Source: Gammaproteobacteria bacterium (GTDB lineage Bacteria; Pseudomonadota; Gammaproteobacteria; GCA-002705445; GCA-002716945). Taken from it: a stretch of DNA of 64,000 nt. Shown here piece by piece: positions 1-9,677 of this stretch. Location of the stretch: assembly GCA_038142325.1 (NCBI GenBank), contig JAYQJW010000002.1:843328-907327 (forward strand), in the 5' to 3' direction. Below the pieces are notes generated by a model. That model saw nothing but the letters and a program-made list of their open reading frames with translations, made no database searches and was not told the origin of the DNA. The stretch's first letter is position 1. The number at the start of each line of letters is the position of its first letter. Both the position numbers and the translations under genes were made by a program.

Positions 1-848
1 TTGCTTCATTTGCAATAGCAAGAAGGTGAAGAACGGCATTAGTAGATCCACCAAGAGCCATAACAATAGTTATGGCATTTTCGATAGATTTTTTAGTCAC
101 TATATCTCTGGGCTTTAAATCTTTTGCAACGCATCTCATCAAGGCTTTACTAGCTTCTTTAGTATCGGTTAATTTTGATTTAGAAACAGCTGTTTGAGCA
201 GAACTGTTTGTCAACGACAAACCCATTGCTTCTATAGCACAAGCCATCGTGTTTGCAGTATACATTCCGCCACATGATCCTGGGCCAGGAATCGCTTTTT
301 TCAATTTGATATAATTCATTATCATCTATAGCACCATTTGCATTTTTGCCAACTGCTTCGAAAACAGAAACGATATCAATTTTTTTGTTCTTATGAACTC
401 CTGGGAGAATTGTTCCTCCATAAACAAAAACTGAAGGTCGATTAAGACGTAACATTGCCATGACACATGCTGGCATATTTTTATCACATCCACCGAAACA
501 TATAAAGCCATCAAGGCCTTCGCCAGCAACAACTGCTTCTATTGAATCAGCTATGATTTCTCTAGATATTAATGAGTAACGCATTCCATCAGAACCCATG
601 GAGATACCATCTGATATTGTAATTGTATTAAAGTTAACTGCTTTACCGCCGTTTGCATCAATTGCTTTCGTTGCAACTCCAGCAAGTTCATTGATATGCA
701 TATTACATGGAGTGACCATGCTCCATGTAGAAGCAATTCCTATTTGTGGCTTCTTAAAGTCTTTATCTTTAAAACCGACCGCTCTCAACATCGATCTACT
801 AGGTGCACGATCTTTACCGTCTACAAGTTTTGAAGAATACTTTCTCAT
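1..848 (-). CDS. ilvD: Dihydroxy-acid dehydratase (runs off the window start; apparent frameshift at about 296-302)
   Basis: Motifs PCNMH, TISDGISMG, GGCDKNMP. After a poly-A run the other frame continues AIPGPGSCGGMYTANTMA. Confidence 0.95.
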
Positions 849-853
849 TTAGC

Positions 854-1906
854 TTATTGTAACAGTTTACCAAAAATTTGATATCTCCACCCACTCATAA
901 ACTTTGTCTTATTACTTGTGAGAGAAAATATCTCAATATCTCTCTTGTTGGCGATAATCGTAGAGTCAATTTTATATTCGTCTGAGACGTAACTTAGCAA
1001 CTTGTTATATTTTTGTTCGATATTTTTCGTAGATGGCAAATTTTTATTTTTAATTATTTTTTTAGACTCTAATAATTCATTTAAATCTTTCTTCTCGCGT
1101 TCCGTAATATCATGTTTAATATTATTTATTATTTCTGATGTTTTGTTATTATTGCTAACTATTATTTTAATCATTTGAGAATCGCTTAATAACCATCTCT
1201 TTGGAATATTATATTTAATAGCTAGATTCTCTCTCCATAATGAAGTTTTCTTTAATAATTCTATGTTTTCAGATTCAAAGTATAATGGATAATTAACTTT
1301 CTCCCATGCATCAGCTGGCTTGATTATTATATTAGATTTTTGTAACTCAGCATTTTGCTCTTCTTTAAACCATGAATAACGATTAAGTTTCTTTAAACTT
1401 TTTACAAGTTCATTTTTTATATTAATTAAATACTTAACATCGTCAGCTGCATAATTCTTTTTTTCATCACTCAATGGTCTCTTTAACCAATTAGTTCTCC
1501 ATGAGCCCTCTTTGATGTCCACATCACAGATGTTCTTAACTAGAGTTGAATACCCCATGTTAGATTTTTCAAATAATAAATTAGATGCAATTTGAGTATC
1601 AAAAATATTACAGGGAAATTCTTTGGTATAAGCATATAATGCCTCTAAATCTTGTTTTGAGGAGTGGATTATTTTGACTATGTTATTGTCAATAAGCATC
1701 TTATTTATCAAATCAATGTCTGAAATACTCAGAGGATCTATAAGATAAATGTCATCATCAGGGAGCGAAATTTGAATCAATGCAAGGATAGGTCTATATG
1801 TAGACTCGCGTATGAACTCAGTATCTAATCCTATTTCTTGGCAATCTTTGATTTTTAAAAAAAGATTATTGAGTTTTTTGTCTGAATCGACGAGAAAATT
1901 TGTCAT
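854..1906 (-). CDS. rnd: Ribonuclease D
   Basis: LDTEFIRESTY, HSSKQDLE, FDTQIA, WLKRPLS and YAADDV exonuclease motifs, followed by an HRDC-like region. Confidence 0.9.
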   Translation of the reverse strand: MTNFLVDSDKKLNNLFLKIKDCQEIGLDTEFIRESTYRPILALIQISLPDDDIYLIDPLSISDIDLINKMLIDNNIVKIIHSSKQDLEALYAYTKEFPCNIFDTQIASNLLFEKSNMGYSTLVKNICDVDIKEGSWRTNWLKRPLSDEKKNYAADDVKYLINIKNELVKSLKKLNRYSWFKEEQNAELQKSNIIIKPADAWEKVNYPLYFESENIELLKKTSLWRENLAIKYNIPKRWLLSDSQMIKIIVSNNNKTSEIINNIKHDITEREKKDLNELLESKKIIKNKNLPSTKNIEQKYNKLLSYVSDEYKIDSTIIANKRDIEIFSLTSNKTKFMSGWRYQIFGKLLQ

Positions 1907-1950
1907 AATTATAAAAAATATGATGATAACATAACTTCATAAATGCTTAC

Positions 1951-2478
1951 ATGTTAAAAAAATATCTTTTAGAGAATTGTGAATTTATTCAATCATCTAA
2001 TTATGATGATAGGCCAAAGAATATGGAAATTGATTCCATAATTATACATTGCATCAGTTTGCCGGAGAGTGAATTTAACAATGACAACGTAATTAATCTG
2101 TTCCTAAATAAACTAAATTATAATTGTCATCCATCTTTCACGTCACTAAAAAACATCAGAGTCTCATCACATTTATTCATTAAAAGAACTGGAGAAATAA
2201 TTCAATTTGTTCCGTTTGATAAAAGAGCATGGCATGCTGGTGTATCTAAATATAAAGGAAGAGAGAACTTTAATGACTTTTCTATTGGAATTGAACTTCA
2301 TGGCTCAATATCTGAGCAATACACAGAAAAACAATACCAAGCTTTGAATTACTGTATCAGTCATTTGAAAGAATTATTTCCATCAATACAAGATAGTAAT
2401 ATACTTGGACATAATGAAATTGCGTCAGATAGAAAAGAAGATCCAGGTCCAAATTTCATATGGAGTAAGATAAAATAA
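1951..2478 (+). CDS. ampD: 1,6-anhydro-N-acetylmuramyl-L-alanine amidase
   Basis: IIHCISLP, VSSHLFI, RAWHAGVS, NDFSIGIEL, GH..I...RKEDPG motifs. Confidence 0.93.
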   Translation: MLKKYLLENCEFIQSSNYDDRPKNMEIDSIIIHCISLPESEFNNDNVINLFLNKLNYNCHPSFTSLKNIRVSSHLFIKRTGEIIQFVPFDKRAWHAGVSKYKGRENFNDFSIGIELHGSISEQYTEKQYQALNYCISHLKELFPSIQDSNILGHNEIASDRKEDPGPNFIWSKIK

Positions 2479-2481
2479 AAT

Positions 2482-3336
2482 ATGATTACAGTATCACTAA
2501 TACTCATTGCTCTAGCTATAGAATATTTTTATGATGATATAAAAAAATATAGAAGAAATGATATTGTAATCAAATCATATAGCTTATTTGAACAATTTTT
2601 CAATGATGAGAAATACTCAAAAGATATAAAGTTTTTATTATTTTTAGTAGCTATATTATTTTTTTCTATGATCTTAGTGACATTGTCATATTATTTATCT
2701 TCTGTGCTTTATTATTTACTTAGTCTTTTGCTAGTATTATTCTCACTAAGAACTAATGAATATAATAGAGAGATAGAAGAATTTAAAATTAAACTTGAGT
2801 TTAACAAAGACAGCATAGACAACAAGATGTTATATTCTTTATGTCCAAACCTTAAACAAACTCGAGCTAAATCAAACATAAATAATCTTGTAATAAAGAA
2901 TCTTTTCTTTAATTCAATGAGAAATACGTTTTCTGTGATTTTTGTCTTTATTCTGTTAGGAGCTCCTGCTGCTCTGACATATAAAGTTATTGATTTAATG
3001 CTTTACTCAGATATTTTCAAAATTAATATCCAAACAAAAAATAATATCAAAAAGTATGTATATTTTATTGACTATATACCAATAAGGCTAACTTCTTACT
3101 CTTTATCCATTGTGAGTAATTATGATCGTGTCATAGACAAAATTAACAACCTCAAACTATCCAATAATATGTATCTAAGTAATATTGAGTATATAAATCA
3201 AACTGGGGAAGCCGTATATGATGCATCTCAAAAAGAAATCGATCAAATTATACAAATTCAAAATATATTATCTAGGACGCTTATAGCCTGGCTAAGTATA
3301 ATTTTCCTACTTGGTATTACTGGTTTTTTTATCTGA
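2482..3336 (+). CDS. AmpE-like (CobD/CbiB family) membrane protein, divergent
   Basis: Multi-TM protein directly downstream of ampD, with FSVIF..ILLGAPAAL.YK and DYIPIRL segments resembling AmpE. Confidence 0.65.
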   Translation: MITVSLILIALAIEYFYDDIKKYRRNDIVIKSYSLFEQFFNDEKYSKDIKFLLFLVAILFFSMILVTLSYYLSSVLYYLLSLLLVLFSLRTNEYNREIEEFKIKLEFNKDSIDNKMLYSLCPNLKQTRAKSNINNLVIKNLFFNSMRNTFSVIFVFILLGAPAALTYKVIDLMLYSDIFKINIQTKNNIKKYVYFIDYIPIRLTSYSLSIVSNYDRVIDKINNLKLSNNMYLSNIEYINQTGEAVYDASQKEIDQIIQIQNILSRTLIAWLSIIFLLGITGFFI

Positions 3337-3966
3337 GAATGAATAGTATTTGATACCAATTTCTACATTACCTCTATTATTCTTATGTCTCCAAATATTT
3401 GTATCTCTCAATGAATAAACACAACCACAATATTCTTGCATATAGAATTCTTGTTCTTTAGAAACTTTTAGCATATTTTCTGAACCTTTATTTTTTCTCC
3501 AATTAAATGTCCAATATTTAATATTTGTAAATTGCGAAGCTGCTTTTACACCAGAATGATTTATCTGGGACATATCTTTCCATCGAGAAATTCCTAATGT
3601 GCTAGAGATAAGGGAAAAATTATTTTCATACGCATATTCTGCTGTTTTGTAAAATCTCATATCAAAGCATGTTGAGCACCGTTTACCTCTCTCAGGTTCC
3701 CATTCTTGCCCTTTTGTTTTGTTAAACCAATTTTTAGTATCATAATCTGCATCAATAAACGGAATATCATTTGCTATTGCGAATTGTAAATTTTCATCTT
3801 TTCTTAAGAGATATTCTTTCTTTGGATGTATATTTGGATTATAGAAGTATATTGTATAGTCGATATTTGATTCCTTTAATCTAAGCATTATATCTCCTGA
3901 GCATGGCGCGCAGCAGCTATGCAATAATAATTTTTTATGTCCGTCAGGTAAACTAATATCAGTCAT
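3307..3966 (-). CDS. queH: Epoxyqueuosine reductase QueH (DUF208), cobalamin-independent
   Basis: LLLHSCCAPCS, FYNPNIHP, ERGKRCSTCFDMR, YMQEYCGC motifs. Confidence 0.93.
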   Translation of the reverse strand: MTDISLPDGHKKLLLHSCCAPCSGDIMLRLKESNIDYTIYFYNPNIHPKKEYLLRKDENLQFAIANDIPFIDADYDTKNWFNKTKGQEWEPERGKRCSTCFDMRFYKTAEYAYENNFSLISSTLGISRWKDMSQINHSGVKAASQFTNIKYWTFNWRKNKGSENMLKVSKEQEFYMQEYCGCVYSLRDTNIWRHKNNRGNVEIGIKYYSFSDKKTSNTK

Positions 3967-4766
3967 TGTTTATATTAAAAAATGTACAACTATTTTTGTA
4001 AAGCTGTTTAGCAAAACTATTTTTGTCTTTGTTTAAAATTGATGCAATTGCATCTAATACATATATTAAATTAGACGGTTCATTATATTTTTTATTAAGT
4101 TATTGAATCTGAAAATGGCATCAAATATGGTGAATCAGTCTCAATCATAAGTCTATCATCAGGTATATATTTAATAATCTCATGAAGATGGTACCCTCTG
4201 TTTGGGTCAGTAATCCATCCCGTTAAACCTATATAACAACCTAAATCTAAGTAACTCTTTAAGCTTGCTTTATTACCAGTAAAACAGTGTACCACTGCAT
4301 CTTCTATCAAATGATAGTATTGACGAAGAAGTATAATAAAATCTTCATAAGCTTCTCTTTCATGAAGAAACATTGGAAGATTTACTTCGGTTGCAAGCTC
4401 AAGATGTTTTTTAAAACAATAAATTTGCTCATTTTTTGATGAATAGTTTCTCTTATAATCAAGCCCGCACTCACCTATAGCTTTAACATAAGGCTTAGAT
4501 GTTAAATCTTTCATTTGATCATAATAACTATCCTTAAAATCTTTTGCGTTGTGAGGATGGAAGCCAACAGTAGTATATAAAAGATCTGGTTCTCTATTAA
4601 TTAATTCAACCGCATTTTTAGTATCATCAATATGAGATGATGTAATAATAATTTTTTTAAGATATTTTTCTTTTGAACGAAATATTATTTCATCAAAGTT
4701 ACTATAGAGTTGTTTATCTAAAAGATTAGCCCCTATATCAAATAAGGGCTGAGAAAAATCAACCAT
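3959..4766 (-). CDS. tatD: TatD family DNase (apparent frameshift near 4095)
   Basis: DIGANL, GFHPH, AIGECGLDY, FLHER, VVHCFTG, IETDSPYL. Another frame continues NEPSNL...NSCTFF to a stop at 3959. The likely ATG at 4766 overlaps the mtkB stop. Confidence 0.88.
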
Positions 4767-5652
4767 TAAGTTTTTGAAGAACTGACTGGACTGTTTCACC
4801 AATCACAGATGGGTTTCTTGCTATGGTAACGCCTGCTGCTTTAAGAATTTCTACTTTTTCTGCTGCTGATTCACCGCCTGCACTTACAATTGCTCCAGCA
4901 TGTCCCATTCTTTTTCCTTTTGGCGCAGTAAGCCCAGCAATATAAGCTACTACTGGTTTTGTAACATTATTTTTTGCATACTCTGCAGCCTCAGCTTCTT
5001 GAGGGCCGCCTATTTCACCAATCATTAAAATTACTTTAGTTTCATCGTCTTGTTCAAATTTAACAAGATGATCTTTAAATGCACTTCCATTTATAGGATC
5101 TCCCCCTATTCCGACGCTTGTTGATATTCCTATACCAAGATCTTTCATTTGTTGCGCAGCCTCATAACCAAGAGTTCCAGAACGACCAATAACACCTACG
5201 TTCCCCTCTTTATAAATATGACCAGGCATGATTCCAAGCATGCACTTACCTGGGCTAATAACTCCTGCGCAATTAGGTCCAACCATTGTCATCCTATCTT
5301 CAGGATTAAATGTTTTTAAAAATCTTTTTACTTTGATCATATCATGTGCGGGAATTCCATCTGTAATTGCAACTAATGTCTTAATACCCGCTTCTGCAGC
5401 TTCCATTGCTGAATCAGCAGCAAATGCTGGTGGCACGAAAAGAATTGAAGCATCAGCTCCAGTCTGTTCAACAGCATCCTTTACAGTATTAAATACAGGA
5501 CGATCCAAGTGTGTTTGCCCACCTTTTCCAGGAGTTACTCCACCTACAACATTTGTTCCATACTCTAACATCTCCTCTGCATGGAATGTTCCAATTTTTC
5601 CTGTGAAACCTTGAATGATTATTTTTGATTCTTTTGTAATTAAAATTGCCAT
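4759..5652 (-). CDS. mtkB: Malate--CoA ligase (malate thiokinase) alpha subunit, SucD paralog
   Basis: SucD fold with Mtk-type variants ITDGIP, GPNCAG, MLGIMPGHIY, RSGTLGYEAA (SucD has ITEGIP, GPNCPG, SGTLTYE). Active-site MGHAGAI. Adjacent to mcl. Confidence 0.85.
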   Translation of the reverse strand: MAILITKESKIIIQGFTGKIGTFHAEEMLEYGTNVVGGVTPGKGGQTHLDRPVFNTVKDAVEQTGADASILFVPPAFAADSAMEAAEAGIKTLVAITDGIPAHDMIKVKRFLKTFNPEDRMTMVGPNCAGVISPGKCMLGIMPGHIYKEGNVGVIGRSGTLGYEAAQQMKDLGIGISTSVGIGGDPINGSAFKDHLVKFEQDDETKVILMIGEIGGPQEAEAAEYAKNNVTKPVVAYIAGLTAPKGKRMGHAGAIVSAGGESAAEKVEILKAAGVTIARNPSVIGETVQSVLQKLNG

Positions 5653-5658
5653 AAAATA

Positions 5659-6831
5659 TTAATTTCCAAGATTTTTTAAAGCTTCAACTGCTTTGTTAGC
5701 TGCATCCTCTAATGAGAAAGCTTCTGTATATTCAATTTTACTGTCTTTAAGTATTTTTATACCTTGATCAACATTAGTGCCAGCAAGTCTAATGACAAGT
5801 GGTTGTTCAATATTTATTTGATTTAATGCATCTACAATTCCTTGTGCTACCCAATCACATCTATTGATACCTGCAAAGATGTTAATAAGTATTACTTTTA
5901 CATTTGGATCACCAGAAATAAGCTTAAAAGCTTTAACAAATTTCTCAGGAGTAGCTCCTCCACCCACATCCAAAAAGTTTGCAGGTTGTCCTCCGGCTAA
6001 CTGAATCATATCCATCGATGCCATAGCTAACCCAGCACCATTGATGATATTGCCGATATCACCATCTAATGGTATGTAATTTAAACCTTGTTCGTGAGCA
6101 AATGTTTCCTTAGGGTCCTCTTGAGACTTGTCTTTCAAATCATGAAACTCAGAATTTCTATATAATGCATTATCATCAAATGACATTTTACAATCTAAGG
6201 CTAAGACTTGCTCGTCTCCTGTGAGTACAAGCGGATTAATTTCGACCATAGTAGCATCCGAGCTAGTAAATGCTTTATAAGCTCCGAGAATTGCTTGTGC
6301 ACATTGATTAACAGCTTTTGACTCTAAGCCAAGTGCAAATGCTATTTGACGAGCCTGATAAGGCTGCATACCAACTGCTGCTTCAATTCTTGTTTTAATG
6401 AGAGACTCTGGTTTTTCTTCAGCAATTTCTTCGACGCTCATTCCGCCTTCCGATGAGGCTACTACCATAATACTTTCTGAACTTCTATCGAGAACCAATC
6501 CAAGATAGAATTCTTTCTTAATATCTGTTCCTTCTTCTATGTAAACTCTCTCAACGGGTTTACCATCTGGACCTGTTTGATGAGTAACTAGAGTTTTACC
6601 AATTAACTTACTGGCTGCATCAGATACTTCTTGTTCAGACTTACATACAATAATTCCGCCTGCTTTACCTCTTGCGCCGGAGTGAATTTGGGCTTTTACA
6701 ACCCAAAGATTTCCGCCAAGTTCTTTTGCACTATTAATTGCCTCTTCAGGATTATGTGCTATGCCACCTCTAGGGATTGAGACGCCATGCTTAGCAAGAA
6801 TTTCTTTTGCTTGATACTCGTGTATGTTCAT
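5659..6831 (-). CDS. mtkA: Malate--CoA ligase (malate thiokinase) beta subunit, SucC paralog
   Basis: IHEYQAK, KAQIHSGARGKAGG and NIFAGINRCDWVA (SucC has GGRGKAGG and NIFGGIVRCD). Overlaps the mcl stop (TAATG). Confidence 0.85.
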   Translation of the reverse strand: MNIHEYQAKEILAKHGVSIPRGGIAHNPEEAINSAKELGGNLWVVKAQIHSGARGKAGGIIVCKSEQEVSDAASKLIGKTLVTHQTGPDGKPVERVYIEEGTDIKKEFYLGLVLDRSSESIMVVASSEGGMSVEEIAEEKPESLIKTRIEAAVGMQPYQARQIAFALGLESKAVNQCAQAILGAYKAFTSSDATMVEINPLVLTGDEQVLALDCKMSFDDNALYRNSEFHDLKDKSQEDPKETFAHEQGLNYIPLDGDIGNIINGAGLAMASMDMIQLAGGQPANFLDVGGGATPEKFVKAFKLISGDPNVKVILINIFAGINRCDWVAQGIVDALNQINIEQPLVIRLAGTNVDQGIKILKDSKIEYTEAFSLEDAANKAVEALKNLGN

Positions 6832-7772
6832 TATTTTTTAGATTGTATTAATTTGTCAATATTAACAATGTTCTCAGCCATACGCTCCGACGCAGCATCA
6901 ATCATTCTTCCATCAAGTTGAGCAGCTCCACGACCTTCTGCTGCAGCTTTAGCTAGTTCTTCAATGATTCTTTTTGCTTTATCTACCTCAGCTTCTGGTG
7001 GTGAGAACACATCATTAGCATGTTCTATCTGCGAAGGATGTATTGCCCATTTACCTTCAATACCTATTGCTGCACCTCTTTTAGCAGCTTTAATATATCC
7101 ATCAGGGTCTTGAATGTCACCAAATGGGCCGTCTATAGGTCTCAAGCCAAAGGCACGACATGTTGCTACTAATTTAGATAGGCCATGATGCCACTGATCT
7201 CCAGGGTAATCTGGATTTAAACCACCTATTACTACTGTTCTTGCTCTTAAACTCGCGGCATAGTCTGCTACACCAAAATGAAGAGCTTCTAATCTACTTG
7301 ACGATTGTGCTATTTCCTCAATATTAACCATACCTAGTGCACTTTCTATTAAACACTCTAGGCCGATTTTATTCTCTAATTCACGTTCTTGTTCAATTTG
7401 TGTAACCATACAATCAACCATATAGACATCGTCCCTTACACCCACTTTAGGAATTAAGATTGTGTCTATAAATTCTCCAGCTTGCATCATTAACTCAACA
7501 ACATCGCGGTACATATAGTGTGTATCTAAACCGTTTATACGAACAGAAATAGTTTTACCATGTCCACGCCAGTCGAGTTCTTTAAGGGCTTTAATTACGT
7601 TTTCTCGAGCTGATACTTTATCATTTGGAGAAACAGCATCTTCTAGGTCTAGGAATATATAATCTGCATCTGAATTGAGTGCTTTTTCGAACATTTTTGG
7701 AGATGAACCTGGTACGGCTAACTCACTTCTTTGTAATCTTGTTTTGGCGCTTTTGTAAGACGTGTGACTCAT
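6831..7772 (-). CDS. mcl: Malyl-CoA/beta-methylmalyl-CoA lyase (CitE superfamily)
   Basis: RLQRSELAVPGS, FLDLEDAV, VRINGLDTHYMYRDVV, LHFGVADYAAS, DGPFGD, EGKWAIHP. Confidence 0.9.
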   Translation of the reverse strand: MSHTSYKSAKTRLQRSELAVPGSSPKMFEKALNSDADYIFLDLEDAVSPNDKVSARENVIKALKELDWRGHGKTISVRINGLDTHYMYRDVVELMMQAGEFIDTILIPKVGVRDDVYMVDCMVTQIEQERELENKIGLECLIESALGMVNIEEIAQSSSRLEALHFGVADYAASLRARTVVIGGLNPDYPGDQWHHGLSKLVATCRAFGLRPIDGPFGDIQDPDGYIKAAKRGAAIGIEGKWAIHPSQIEHANDVFSPPEAEVDKAKRIIEELAKAAAEGRGAAQLDGRMIDAASERMAENIVNIDKLIQSKK

Positions 7773-7885
7773 AATCTAATTCAATTTTGACTTGATATAC
7801 CCCTGTATATTAGCTATAACTCGATAAGTTTTGACGAAGTATATATGATAATTTTAAAATATGCAAAATACAGGGAAGTAAATAA

Positions 7886-8797
7886 GTGACTAAATTTGCA
7901 CTAGAAATCCAACAACTTAATAAAACCTATAGGAACGGTGTGAGAGCATTAAATGATATTAATTTGAATGTTCAAGATGGAGATTTATTTGCATTTCTGG
8001 GGCCCAATGGAGCAGGTAAATCTACTGTAATTGGAATTATTACAACGTTGGTAAATATAACTTCTGGCTCTGTTAAAGTATACGGAATGGACGTGGTTAA
8101 ACACCCTGAAGCAACAAAAAAGATGATTGGTGTAGTCCCACAAGAATATAATCTGAATCAATTTATCCCAATTCAAGAGACCATGATTAATATAGGAGGA
8201 TATTTTGGACTGTCAAAGAAAAAGTCTATGATGAGAACTCAAGAACTATTTGAAGATCTAGATATATGGCATAAAAGAGAATCTACTCCTAGAGAATTAT
8301 CGGGCGGCATGAAGAGACGACTCATGATTGCAAGAGCTTTGATTCATAATCCAAAACTTTTAATTCTTGATGAACCAACAGCAGGTGTTGATACAGAACT
8401 GAGATTAACGATGTGGGACTTTTTTAAGAAACTAAATCAAGATGGAGTAACAATCATACTTACTACACACTACCTGGAAGAGGCTGAGAGGTTATGTAAA
8501 AACTTAGCGATAATCCATCATGGAGAAGTAGTACAAAATTCTCCAATGAGTGAGGTTATTTCATCTACTAGAAAACACACTTATATCATTAGAACAGATT
8601 CAGATATTTCAAAAAGCAAAGTCTTTGAGGATAAAATAAAAATTATTGATGAAAAATCATGTGAAATAATGGTTGATAATAAAATATCTATCTCTCAAAT
8701 CATCAATGAATTTAATAAAAACAATGTTAATGTAGTCGACATATTAAGCAAGAGAAACAAGCTAGAGGAGCTTTTCATAGAGCTTACACAAAAATGA
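7886..8797 (+). CDS. yadG: ABC-2 transporter ATP-binding protein (YadG-like)
   Basis: Walker A GPNGAGKST, LSGGMKRR, ILDEPTAGVD, LTTHYLEEAE. Confidence 0.85.
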   Translation: MTKFALEIQQLNKTYRNGVRALNDINLNVQDGDLFAFLGPNGAGKSTVIGIITTLVNITSGSVKVYGMDVVKHPEATKKMIGVVPQEYNLNQFIPIQETMINIGGYFGLSKKKSMMRTQELFEDLDIWHKRESTPRELSGGMKRRLMIARALIHNPKLLILDEPTAGVDTELRLTMWDFFKKLNQDGVTIILTTHYLEEAERLCKNLAIIHHGEVVQNSPMSEVISSTRKHTYIIRTDSDISKSKVFEDKIKIIDEKSCEIMVDNKISISQIINEFNKNNVNVVDILSKRNKLEELFIELTQK

Positions 8798-9567
8798 TAA
8801 AAAAATTATATTTAATCCAGCTATCTACAATTTTTAAAAAAGAATTTGTACGTTGGTCAAGGATTTGGATTCAAACAATACTTCCATCAGTGATAACTAT
8901 CTTTTTATACATAACTATATTTGGAAACTTTATTGGTTCACGAATCGGTGAGATAAATGAATTGCCATACATACACTTTATAATACCGGGTTTAATTATC
9001 ATGCCTATCATTTCTAATTCATACATGAATGTAGTTGGCTCCTTTTATAGTGGTAGATTTCAAAAAAGTATCGAAGAATTATTTGTATCTCCATTGTCTA
9101 CTCATGTCATATTAATTGGTTATGTAATGGGCGGAGTATCCAGAGCATTCGTTGTTGGTTTTGCTGTTTATTTAGTATCTCTAACTTTTACAAATATTCC
9201 CATCTATAATATTTACTTAGCAATTTTCTTAACATTACTTGTGAGTATACTTTTTTCAATTCTAGGTTTTATAAATGCTGTATATGCCAATAGTTTTGAC
9301 GATATCAACATTATCCCAACATTTGTATTAACTCCCCTAACATATTTAGGTGGCACATTTTATTCAATATACGATCTTCCTGAAATCTGGCAATCAATTT
9401 CAATGTTTAACCCAATAGCATACATGGTTAGTGCTTATCGTTATGCATTTATAGGTGTTGAAGAAATGAGTACTGGTAGTGCTATTGCAATGATGTTCAT
9501 GTTAATATTTATTATGTATAGCTTAGCTATATACCTACTTAACAAAGGAATAGGTGTAAAAAATTAA
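8794..9567 (+). CDS. yadH: ABC-2 transporter permease (YadH-like)
   Basis: RIWIQT, FIIPGLI, SFDDINIIPTFVLTPLTYLGG motifs. ATGA overlap with the ATPase gene. Confidence 0.88.
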   Translation: MIKKLYLIQLSTIFKKEFVRWSRIWIQTILPSVITIFLYITIFGNFIGSRIGEINELPYIHFIIPGLIIMPIISNSYMNVVGSFYSGRFQKSIEELFVSPLSTHVILIGYVMGGVSRAFVVGFAVYLVSLTFTNIPIYNIYLAIFLTLLVSILFSILGFINAVYANSFDDINIIPTFVLTPLTYLGGTFYSIYDLPEIWQSISMFNPIAYMVSAYRYAFIGVEEMSTGSAIAMMFMLIFIMYSLAIYLLNKGIGVKN

Positions 9568-9568
9568 C

Positions 9569-9677
9569 TCTCACGAGGTTGGGAAAGTCAGTGAATATAT
9601 AATCTGACACTGCCCCCGCAACGGTGAACAATAGTCCGAATGCCAACGTGGTGAGACCAACTTTAGCGGTGGTGCTA
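9569..9677 (+). ncRNA. Cobalamin riboswitch, compact (class II-like)
   Basis: GGGAA core; stem GTCAG(9587-91)/CTGAC(9604-08); ACTGCCCCCGCAACGGT; short P6; AGTCCGAATGCC B12-box; closing stems GTTGG/CCAAC and TCTCAC/GTGAGA; GCGG kissing partner near the ATG at 9677. Lies upstream of a btuB-like gene. Confidence 0.9.

Noticed and set aside
4759-6831. Annotation as succinyl-CoA synthetase sucCD
   Set aside because: Diagnostic residues and linkage to mcl fit malate thiokinase better, and no sucAB or sdh genes are nearby.
7801-7875. Inverted repeat CCCTGTAT...ATACAGGG between mcl and yadG
   Set aside because: Only 8 bp and widely spaced; each copy may just be purine-rich leader sequence for one of the two divergent genes.
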